A stretch of 63,136 nt of DNA, counting the filler, from Lenisia limosa (taxonomy: Eukaryota; Protista; Breviatea): the NCBI GenBank assembly GCA_001655205.1. It is 13 parts of 13 records of this genome, joined end to end, with 100 filler letters (N's around TTAATTAATTAA, not from the genome) between each part and the next. Parts side by side here need not be neighbours in the genome. Positions count along the whole stretch, not along the records: positions 9,984 to 12,559 come from LPNZ01010840.1; positions 12,660 to 18,060 come from LPNZ01006211.1; positions 18,161 to 21,362 come from LPNZ01000761.1; positions 21,463 to 24,792 come from LPNZ01001982.1; positions 24,893 to 43,467 come from LPNZ01010648.1; 8 more parts are not named here. One strand, written 5' to 3'. Both the position numbers and the translations under genes were made by a program. Under the pieces are notes generated by a model. The model saw nothing but the letters and a program-made list of their open reading frames with translations. It searched no databases and had not been told where the DNA came from. Each line of letters begins with the position of its first letter. Within the stretch, counting starts at the first letter, position 1. Shown here piece by piece: positions 12,145 through 25,151 of the stretch.

Positions 12145-12247
12145 CTAAGGGGATTTCAATGGCAGAATAGAGGACGTTTCATGAGAGGAAGAACACCGAA
12201 GATCCTTCGAATTACACCCCTCTCTATCTCTTCATTTCCTCTCTTAC

Positions 12248-12319
12248 TAAGGCTTCACTTCGGTTCGAAAAAAAACTGAATTTCTCGAAAAATCCTCGAA
12301 AAACCAAAGTGAAGCCCTA
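12248..12319. mobile_element. hAT-like MITE family A1, internally deleted
   Basis: TAAGGCTTCACTTCGGTTCG...AAGTGAAGCCCTA. Confidence 0.8.
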
Positions 12320-12559
12320 TCNNNNNNNNNNNNNNNNNNNNNNNNNNNNNNNNNNNNNNNNNNNNNNNNNNNNNNNNNNNNNNNNNNNNNNNNNNNNNNN
12401 NNNNNNNNNNNNNNNNNNNNNATTGGGATAAATCTTCGGGAACTCTCTAAAAACGGTGAAAATGGATAATTTATGAGAGAAAAAAAAAAACACCAAAATC
12501 ACTGCTGACCACCTCCACAGCAATAACAACGACACGTACATATAAACAATATATTATAG

Positions 12560-12659
12560 NNNNNNNNNNNNNNNNNNNNNNNNNNNNNNNNNNNNNNNNN
12601 NNNTTAATTAATTAANNNNNNNNNNNNNNNNNNNNNNNNNNNNNNNNNNNNNNNNNNNN
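12560..12659. other. Artificial contig spacer 3
   Basis: 44 N + TTAATTAATTAA + 44 N. Confidence 0.97.
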
Positions 12660-13678
12660 AGCCACAGCGCCCCGAGGTTTCTCTGTTCTTCCCCCCGGCA
12701 CGTGCGAGAGAAATGACCGAAAAGCGTTCTTCCTCTCCTCACGCCTCTTGTTAACGCCAGCGTCACGCACAGCGCTTAGCGCGCAAATCAACCGCGCCTA
12801 CCACTGCGCATCATTCCTGCGTACCTGGCTCGGTCACCGGGCGTACTGGGTGGACCTCAAAACGGCTCAATCCGAGCCAATCGATTCAGTTTCTGTCGTT
12901 TCGCTTGTGGTTCCGGAGCTTTACGCTTGCCTTCCTCTTTTGGGCAATACGCGGCCGTATTCATTGATCCTCCCCCTCCTCGAGTTCCAGAGAGTCTTCA
13001 AACGACCCCGTTGGCTCTCCACCGCTCGGGCGTACCATGGGGAAGTCGGGCTAAAAGCCTGGTCAGAATTGGCCGCCGGTGCAGCGATTCACAATAGTCA
13101 GATGAACAAGGAGTCTGCCGTGTACCTTATGCGCCACTTATTGGCTGCGACGGTTTCGATACTCCACTCCCTGGTGCTTCAGTCTATCAAACTCGGCTCC
13201 TCGATTGACCAGGTTAAAGGTTGGTTGTGGTTGGGGCTTCACTTCGGTTCGAAAAAAGACTGAATTTATCGATAAATCCTCGAAAACTATCGATATTTTA
13301 TCGTTATTTTTCGAACCGAAGTGAAAGGGTGGGGGGATATTTCGGATTTTTAAGAGATGTAGGGTAATAACGATTCGAATGTAATGAGTAAGGGGATATT
13401 GAGTTTTGCTTGATCGACTGAAACTTGCCGATTAATTGTTTTCTCCCATTTGACAGTCCTTGTCATATTTCACAATGGAAATAAAATGCTTTTGCTTGTC
13501 AAATGGAAGACAGGATTAACATTATCATTTCAAAATCAACGGAAGGGTTGACTTATCTTCATAGAGCTTCAACAGAAGTTGGAACATTCTTCAGGGACTT
13601 CACGTATCCCGCTGGTCTACTCTCCACAGGATTCAAGGGTTGCTCCCAAGTACAAGGTGGGCTGTTATGATGGTGATG

Positions 13679-13710
<32 letters not shown>

Positions 13711-16700
13711 GATGGTGATGATGGTGATGATGATGATGGTGGTGGTGGTGGTGTTGGTGGTAGTGATGATGGTATAATAGCTGTGTGCACAGAGTTATAA
13801 GGCGAATGATTGGGCGAATTAATATTATACTATAATTCAATATCTCCACAATCATCCCTTCATATAATAATACACTCTTCAGCAACTTCATATAATAATA
13901 GTAGAAGGCAACTACTCTATGATCACTGTTCAGCAACTTCGATGCTGCATCCAGTCTATTGTCGTCTTTTGCGCCACTGTTATCTCCACACACTTCGCTG
14001 CCAATCGCAACATTGCTCCGGTGATTTATGCGCATGTCAAGGTGGGTATAAAGGCGACAGCTGTATGGAGGGGTGTATAGAAGAGTCAGGAATTTATTCC
14101 GGTAAATCTGAGGGAATCTTCTATAAATAAGAGATAAAATATAAGAATTATGCATAAATAAGCTCTACTCACTCTCCTCATCTATTACTCTTCACCACAA
14201 CAGGCGATTGTCACGTGTTGCGCCAGTGTGGCGCCAGTTCTCAGCATCAGCCTCGGCAGTTTATGTCGTGACGTCATCGGAATTCTCTCGCAGCAACCGT
14301 CTGGAGAGTCGGCTCTGCAGGTGGTTAAGCTTTTCGCTGCTTATGTGGCCGACTCTGGTGATAGCTTTGTCAAGGTTTGGGGGGTCGGCTTATTGTTTCA
14401 TTCTCCGCTCCTTTTCATTACTGCAAATGTGCTCCCCTCCACAAATGTTCTATTTACCCGCTGGAATGCGGTGCTGCNNNNNNNNNNNNNNNNNNNNNNN
14501 NNNNNNNNNNNNNNNNNNNNNNNNNNNNNNNNNNNNNNNNNNNNNNNNNNNNNNNNNGGGCTTTTTTTTGTTTCTTATCCAATTTTACCCCCCCCCCCAG
14601 GTTTCCATGCCTGACGAAGATGTGAGAGAGCTGAGTTGGCCCGAGGTTGGACGAAACTGCCGCAACGCTATGAAGCCGATTAGAGCCAAATTAGGCCTTC
14701 CCGCTGAGGACGACGATGTCGATGACGATGACGTGAGGGGATGATGATGATGATGTTGATGTTGATGATGATGATGATGATGTTGATGATGATGATGATG
14801 ATGCTACAAGACCCCCAGGATTTGCCGTAATACTCTCCCAAATATTATTACACCCCCCCCCACCGCAGAAGCGACTGGCCTGGGCGTTGTGTGTTTTGTT
14901 GTTATCAACCCTCGTGTGTTGTCAGCCAAAAGAGTTGATATGGGCTTTTTTTATTTCATAAAATTCCAATTTCACTCCCCCCAGGACGTAGACGAGGTCG
15001 AGCCGGACGATTCCGACACGGAGGAGGAGATGGAGACAACGCAAGATAACTCACGTGCCGCCTCTGTTCTCCAGGTCCGTGTTATGTCGAAATGTTCATG
15101 GGGGGATGTCATATACTTTGATAGTACCATCACGCTTATAAACAAGAAATTCAGTATTTTTCGGACAGTAGAGAAGCTAATTATTGTTGTTTGAATTTAT
15201 TTAAAACTAATTTTTCAACTAAGTGCACAAAGTAATTATAGTAAAAAAAACTAAAAATAACAATCCCTCAAAATAATAATTGTAAAAAATAACCACGCAG
15301 AAAGCTGTGTGCACAGAGTTGTAAGGCAAATGATTGGGTGAATTGATATGATACTATAATCCAATTTCTCTTATAAGCGTGATGGTGTAGACGTGGCTAG
15401 ATACAAATTCATTGTTTATTTCTCTTATATGTAGTATATAAAACCAACCCGTCCTTGTCACTCTTTAGGACTACTGCAAATCCATGCTCAACTACATCCA
15501 TGCCAGGCCATCAGCAAGGGTTCATGCCGCTCTCATTCGCGTTGCACCCCCGGGAATTGTTTCTTCTGGTTGGTGGTTATAGAGGTCTTTTCTGTCTGTA
15601 TTTTTTACAAATGATTGAAATATTAATAGATATCGATATAGCATATTATTCTTGCCCTCAGCCCAATTCTCATTATTCAGGCCTTTTGCCGAAATACTCC
15701 GAAGCCATAAAGGAGAACCTTGTCAAACTCGAGTATGAACGGGGTTATCTTCTTCTTTTTCCTTCTCTATTTCTACCTGACCTCTTTTTCTTTTTCTTTG
15801 ATTTGTCTCGTCTATTTCTAACTAACCCGCAGCACGGCGCTACCGAAGGGTGTTCGTGGATGCGCTATCTGCAACGTCACTGTGGGGTGATTTATGAACA
15901 GAAAGGGCTTAACTAGGTTTATTCCTGACTTAGATAAGAAAGTAAAAATGTGGAGGGGGGAGAGAGTGTGAAGAAACATGGAATTCCCTGGGATAACACA
16001 AAGTATCAAATAATCGGGGGGAGGGGTAATTGTGAGGGGGCTAGTATATAGTACATATCGATATATTTAAACCACTATCTCTCTAGCATGATGGTATGGG
16101 CAACTTAGGCCGGAATATATTGTAATTAGGGTTTCTCTTCGGCCAGAAAAGTCTGGTAAAATATCTATAGTTTTCGCCCTATTTGGAATAAGCTCGATTG
16201 TCAAATCCTCCTTCTTTTATTATTCTTTAGAAAAACAAGTTTTCTTTTAGCAGTCATAGCATGACTGAAGGACACAGATCAATCAGGGTGGGGGGGCATG
16301 ACTGAAGGACACAGATCATAGGAAGACATCCAGAAAACTGTCTACTTTTACAGCAAATAATCACAGAAAAAACGGAAATCTTTTCTTTACATTTCAGAAA
16401 CGACACAGAGACTTCATGACCAACACTGGGCCTTATATTATTGCTCTTGTAAGTGGCAGTTGTTTCATAAATTCTCCCCCCCCCCTTTATACCATCTAAA
16501 ACGTCTGCCTCCTACGTCATATTACGGACTTATTTTGCCACTATCATTCTCCTTAAAACTTATAACCCCATATAATCCCCGCAGATGGCGATATGCAAGG
16601 TATGGCTCCGGATCAACCGTGAACTTGACGGCCTAATTCGCTCCGAATCCAGGGACGTATCCGAAGTGGGGGGGGGTTATATTCTCATGTTTTTTATTGC

Positions 16701-16880
16701 TTGGTTTTCTTGTTGTTTGGAGTTTCAGATTATTTGGTTCATGATTAGTACCTTTACACCAATATTCTTCATCAAAATTTTCTTCGTTTACCTCTCCACC
16801 CCACAGACGGCTAATACTGTGAAGCAGCTTCTTTGTCTCCTCAACAGCCGTTTTTCTTCCTTCGGCAATTTATCCAGAGA
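12660..16880 (+). CDS. Large unidentified multi-exon protein (helical, acidic patch, CxxC), partial; may continue to about 17700
   Basis: An open frame of about 185 codons from the segment start, then GT-AG exons such as AIVTCCASVAPVLSISLGSLCRDVIGIL, VSMPDEDVRELSWPEVGRNCRNAMKP..DDDD, DYCKSMLNYIHARP, VRGCAICNVT, MAICKVWLRINRELDGL. Some exon phases are unresolved. Confidence 0.65.
13232..13325. mobile_element. hAT-like MITE family A1
   Basis: GGGGCTTCACTTCGGTTCGAAAAAAGAC...TTTTTCGAACCGAAGTGAA; right tip lost. Confidence 0.85.
13666..13772 (+). repeat. (GAT/GGT)n microsatellite, intronic
   Basis: Direct reading; its antisense gives the spurious poly-His ORF. Confidence 0.9.
13779..13847 (-). 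repeat. Dispersed repeat family D, partial
   Basis: AGCTGTGTGCACAGAGTTATAAGGCGAATGATTGGGCGAATT, as at 15301. Confidence 0.75.
14738..14803 (+). repeat. (GAT)n microsatellite just after a donor site
   Basis: Direct reading. Confidence 0.9.
14869..14984 (+). repeat. Intronic repeat family E, fullest copy, ending at an acceptor AG
   Basis: AAGCGACTGGCCTGGGC..TTGTTATCAACCCTCGTGTGTTGTCAGCCAAAAGAGTTGATATGGGCTTTT..TTTCATAAAATTCCAATTTCACTCCCCCCAG; homologous to 17426-17545 and to the reverse complement of 8776-8830. Confidence 0.75.
15301..15422 (-). repeat. Dispersed repeat family D, fullest copy (~120 bp)
   Basis: Aligns with 13779, 53583, 55253, 55823 and 59654. Confidence 0.8.
16127..16181. 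mobile_element. hAT-like MITE family A, deleted and degenerate
   Basis: TAGGGTTTCTCTTCGG...TCGCCCTA flanked by attgtaat/tttggaat (6 of 8 match). Confidence 0.6.
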
Positions 16881-17425
16881 AGTGCTTGGTGGGTAGAGAG
16901 TAAAATGGTTTTTTATTAAACACACAAAAAAAATCCCAAAATCAGGAAGGGGAGAGTATTTGGTGAGAGCATATCCGTTTTACGCTTTTTTTTATTTCAT
17001 AAATTTCCTAAATTTTACTACGCCATTATTCTTCACCGAAATTCCCAATTTTACTCCCCCCCCCCNNNNNNNNNNNNNNNNNNNNNNNNNNNNNNNNNNN
17101 NNNNNNNNNNNNNNNNNNNNNNNNNNNNNNNNNNNNNNNNNNNNNNNNNNNNNNNNNNNNNNNNNNNNNNNNNNNNNNNNNNNNNNNNNNNNNNNNNNNN
17201 NNNNNNNNNNNNNNNNNNNNNNNNNNNNNNNNNNNNNNNNNNNNNNNNNNNNNNNNNNNNNNNNNNNNNNNNNNNTTGAATCCGGAAACAAAAGAGAGAA
17301 ACAAAACTCTGAGATAACACAAAGTATCAAACAGTTGATGGGGAGTGGGGGATAAGGGGCTGAAAAAAAGACGAAATTTCTCTATAATTCTTCGGAATAG
17401 TATACCTGAAATTCTGGGTGTGCCA

Positions 17426-17545
17426 AAGCAACTGGCCAGGGCTTTGTTTTTTTTGTTGTTGTTTTTAACCATTGTGCATGTGTTCCAAGCCAACAGTGTT
17501 GATTTTGTGCTTTTTTTTTTTTTTTCATAAAACTTCCAATTTTAT
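17426..17545 (+). repeat. Intronic repeat family E copy
   Basis: AAGCAACTGGCCAGGGC..TTTTAACCATTGTGCATGTGTTCCAAGCCAACAGTGTTGATTTTGTGCTTTT..TTCATAAAACTTCCAATTTTATC. Confidence 0.7.
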
Positions 17546-18060
17546 CTTCTCAACTTTAAACCCTCTTTACCCCCCTCTCTTTTTTTGTTCCTCNNNNNNN
17601 NNNNNNNNNNNNNNNNNNNNNNNNNNNNNNNNNNNNNNNNNNNNNNNNNNNNNNNNNNNNNNNNNNNNNNNNNNNCTGTATAATTTTCCAATTTCACCCT
17701 GATTTACGATTTTAGGTGTGGCAGAAGGCACACAAATCTGACCCCCCTGAGGCAGAGGAGGAAAACCGTCCAAATCCCGTGCCAAAAAAGGAAATTGAGT
17801 GAGAGGGAAAATGGCATTTAAAAAAACGTCTGTAGTTGCAAAAATTGATCTTTTATTTTTAAATTGTGTTGAGCTGGAGTGAGATATTTTATTGACGTTT
17901 GAGTCTTTTGTACTGTTTGTGCCCCCATGTATTTGTTTGTATCCCTGATTGTTTACAACATTGTCATGTATCAAAAAATCAACCCATTCTGATTATTCAG
18001 ACCAAACCTCAACTTTTCTCCGAATAAGAAGAATTTCGTTTTCAGCCAGTCGCTCTCCTT

Positions 18061-18160
18061 NNNNNNNNNNNNNNNNNNNNNNNNNNNNNNNNNNNNNNNN
18101 NNNNTTAATTAATTAANNNNNNNNNNNNNNNNNNNNNNNNNNNNNNNNNNNNNNNNNNNN
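18061..18160. other. Artificial contig spacer 4
   Basis: 44 N + TTAATTAATTAA + 44 N. Confidence 0.97.
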
Positions 18161-18478
18161 GTCATAGAGAATCACACCAAAAATGGAAGATTTTTTTGAA
18201 ATAACTCCTCCGAGAAAGTTGTGCCTGGAAAATAAATCTCAAAATTTTCAATATTGTTTTGAACTGGATTGTAAAGTGAGGTAAAACACCCACTTAACTT
18301 CAGTTTGACTTGAATGAAATAAAAATCCAGGGTTTTCTAGGATTTAGCGGAATAGGCATATATTATATCGTTGGGGCAATAGTAAAGATTGTTGGGTCTA
18401 TAATATGTACTTAATTGGTGCAATGTATACTGTCTGTTTCGGTGAAATCGCTATTTATATTTGGCTTACTACTCCAGA

Positions 18479-21236
18479 CCACCAAGATCATCAAAGCCAG
18501 CAAGGTGCACAATCTCCTGAAGTTTGTGGTCCAATGGGGCATTGATGACGTTCAACAGCCCGGTTGGGTCCGGGTTACATGGATTGTAGCTTCCTTTGGG
18601 TGCCATATTTGGAATTTCGGTAGATTTCATATTCTTTGCCTTTCGTATATCAATATTGAGAAACAAAGTGGACGTACACGCTAAATGATGAACCGCTTTT
18701 GTAGTCATATTGCCTGGTGAGCTGACAGTTCAGACGATGCTGATGTTAAGGTCATTTCCTTCGAAGAGTTCATGAAGGTATTGCCTGGGGATTAATTATT
18801 GCATTAGTTTTCACACTGTGTTTGTATAATATATCCACACGCCTGTCCTCATAGTCAAGATGGGAAGCAGCGAGCATCATGAAGCGTATACGGCCAGGGC
18901 CAACAACACCAAACCTGGCACAGTCGGAAGCCTGATATACACTTCTGGCACAACTGGCATGCCAAAGGTTCGCCTGGGGATGTAAAGGGGAAAGGGGGTT
19001 TGCTCAATTGGATAGCCCTTATTAGCGCTTCCCTGCGGTACCAAAAAAGACTGTATTGCTCGAAAAATCCTTGAAAACTATCTACATTTTACCGGTCTTT
19101 TTCGGACCGTAGGAAGCCCTAGTCATTATACCTCTCCTTTCTTTTTCTGCGTTTGGTTTGAGTAACAACCAGTTGTGAAACGAACTATGATATAGCACTA
19201 ACCAACTAGGGTGTAATGCTAACCCACGATAATATGGTGTGGACAGCAATCACCACCAGCAGCACCAAGGACTTTGCGCTGTTTACCTCAGATAAAATCG
19301 TTTCATGTGAGCAATATCATTTTATGAGTTGAACATGAATGTTTCACTTCGCTTCTTATTGCTACTGTTATATCTTAAGGCTCCTATTAATCTTACACTA
19401 TTTAGTCCTGCCTCTGTCCCATATTGCGGGTCAGATCATAGATCTCTGGCTTCCTTTCAACTGCGGTGGGCTTATTTTATCAATAAGGAGTTGCCTGTCC
19501 TGTCTGTAGCTGAAATAGTCTGATATTTAGGAGTTCAAATCTACTTTGCCGACTCGAAGGCGCTACAAGGCTCCCTTGTCGACACTTTGAAGGATGTCCG
19601 TCCGACATGCTTTGTTGCGGTGCCGAGAGTGTGGGAGAAAATGGTGGCTGTCCTTGATGCCAAGTTCAAGAGCTCAACTGGGATCAAGAAGTCCATTTGT
19701 AGGCTGTTTTGCTGATACTGGGGGACGCTCGGAGTGCTAAAAAGACTGAATCTCTAGTAGCCCTTCCTACATTTTATATGCTGTTTCAATGTTTCCCCTT
19801 ATAAGGAGAAGTATATAAACATATATTTCCTCGTTGTTTATCTTGTTAACTCAAGTCATTTCGATTTGACACACTAAGCCTAGTCTGGTCTTTGTTTGCG
19901 TTGCTCTAATCACTCCAGTGAATTTCAGTCTGGGGAGGGGGGCCGTGGCCTCTGCCAACGACGACGAAATGAAAGGAAAACCCTGGGGCTTCTGGCTGGC
20001 CAACAAACTCATGTTCACCAATGTGAGTATTTCATCTTCTCACGCAGTAGCTCCACGCTCAAATCGGCCTTGACAATGTTCGATACTGTATATCGGCCGC
20101 GGCACCAATTTCAGTTCACACCCGGTCCTTCCTCCGCGACATCCAAATTCCCATCATGGACATTTACGGCATGGTTTGTCACGTCATCATCTCACACCAT
20201 AGTCGGAATGCACCGGACCTATTTTCCTCCTCGATGTCAGTCGCAGCAGATTGCAGAAGTGGGGCATTATCCTCCCAGGAACCCAGACGGTTGGCTACTT
20301 GGGTAGCAATACAAGAAAACTAATATTTCTATATCATAATAATAATAGGGAGTCATATCTCATATGATAATCAACAATACTCCAGGACTTTACAGTCCCA
20401 GAAAATCTTCCCGAGTGCGAATGTCACTTTAGAGGGTGAAGGAGAAATCTGCCTCAAGGGACGCCATATCTTTGCAGGGTTTGTTGGCTCACTCTGTTCT
20501 CCTTACCAAAGCTATAAAAACATGATGTTTCTCCCAATTAGCACACACCTTAGTTTTATGTTCTTATCATCCACCCAGATACATGCACAATCCTGAGGCT
20601 TCAGCTGAGACTATTGATGAAGAAGGCTGGATGCATAGTGGTGACCTTGCAGTCAAGGTTGGCTATGATGAATATCTTTTGATGCCGTCAACGTCTAGTT
20701 ACATTTAGTTTGGGACAATTCTTCTGACATTTGTAGGTTCCCGAACCTGACGGCAAACCCATCCTAGAGGGAGAAGAAGTAAGTAATATATTGTGTTATA
20801 GATCAGGCCACTCTCATTATATATTCCTATTCCTCTTCTTATTCAATTTCTCAGACCAGCATACATAGGATATTCATTTGTGTTCTGTTGGCTTTGACCA
20901 ATACATTCCTTTTTTATTTCCCTCAACTCTGACCATGAGGTTGGCGATGGTTTGGTTCGAATCACGGGGCGTTCTAAGGAGCTCCTCATCACTGCCGGAG
21001 GAGAGGTATGAGCAATGGGTATTATTTTCAGAATTAGTCACATAATTGTCATAAAAAAACTTCATTTAGTCACATTTTTAAAGTAGCAGAGAGTTTACTC
21101 AATACAAGTGTTTAACGCTCAGAACGTTGCCCCTTTGCCTATCGAAGATAACCTGAAGAAACTCATTCCATGCCTCTCCAATGTTGTCGTTCTTGGTGAT
21201 GCAAAGAAGTTCCTTTCCGCCATCTTCACTCTCAGT
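18479..21236 (+). CDS. ACSBG: Long-chain fatty acyl-CoA synthetase, bubblegum (ACSBG)-like, partial
   Basis: Exons give [12 protein letters not shown] / GVMLTHDN / [10 protein letters not shown] / [15 protein letters not shown] / IYGMSECTGP / [24 protein letters not shown] / [36 protein letters not shown]. Confidence 0.9.
19023..19121. mobile_element. hAT-like MITE family A2
   Basis: TAGCGCTTCCCTGCGG...CCGTAGGAAGCCCTA; flanks gcccttat/gtcattat. Confidence 0.85.
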
Positions 21237-21362
21237 GTATGCTGCGTGTGATAGTGTGTTAACTTTTCCCGTATCGAAGTCTTTTCCTTCCTTTATGCAC
21301 TATGAGTTAAAGCGAAGTTGGTATGGCGAATCCCGATTATGATTATTTGCTAGCCGTATTAT

Positions 21363-21462
21363 NNNNNNNNNNNNNNNNNNNNNNNNNNNNNNNNNNNNNN
21401 NNNNNNTTAATTAATTAANNNNNNNNNNNNNNNNNNNNNNNNNNNNNNNNNNNNNNNNNNNN
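21363..21462. other. Artificial contig spacer 5
   Basis: 44 N + TTAATTAATTAA + 44 N. Confidence 0.97.
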
Positions 21463-24580
<3,118 letters not shown>

Positions 24581-24792
24581 TGAAGAAAATGCGGGATTCC
24601 TACATTTGGTTAAAGAATGAAGGGTGGACAAGCCGAAGTAAATTGGCCCTTAGCATGCATATAAGTTAGATATATGATATGTGATAATTTATAAACAGCC
24701 ATTTCTCCCCCTTCTTCTTCCTTTTTAATTATTTTTATAACCGCTTGCCAAATTAATGTGCAGAACTGTATGTAAGCCAGGCCGTATCACAA

Positions 24793-24892
24793 NNNNNNNN
24801 NNNNNNNNNNNNNNNNNNNNNNNNNNNNNNNNNNNNTTAATTAATTAANNNNNNNNNNNNNNNNNNNNNNNNNNNNNNNNNNNNNNNNNNNN
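24793..24892. other. Artificial contig spacer 6
   Basis: 44 N + TTAATTAATTAA + 44 N. Confidence 0.97.
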
Positions 24893-24950
24893 GAGGGTTT
24901 TAGGAACATCGTGTCGTTAAGAGGGTTTTAGGAACATCGTGTCGTAAGAG
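24893..24950 (+). repeat. 28-bp tandem duplication at segment start
   Basis: GAGGGTTTTAGGAACATCGTGTCGTTAA twice. Confidence 0.85.
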
Positions 24951-25151
24951 GGGAGGGGAAGATTCTCAAAAACAAGTTGAGGGCTCTACGGCGGGTTTTG
25001 ATATGGGAAGTGTTGGGATGGAGTTTGCAATTGGTGTGGAGTTGAGTAGTATCATTCGATACGACACTATGTAGTATTTTTAATATTTTTATATTGAAAA
25101 CGAATTCAAAAACAGTAGAAATGGTTTTGAATCAAATGTTAACTTCCACAG

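Noticed and set aside
13559-14155. 198-aa poly-His ORF
   Set aside because: It is the antisense reading of a (GAT/GGT)n microsatellite and plus-strand exons.
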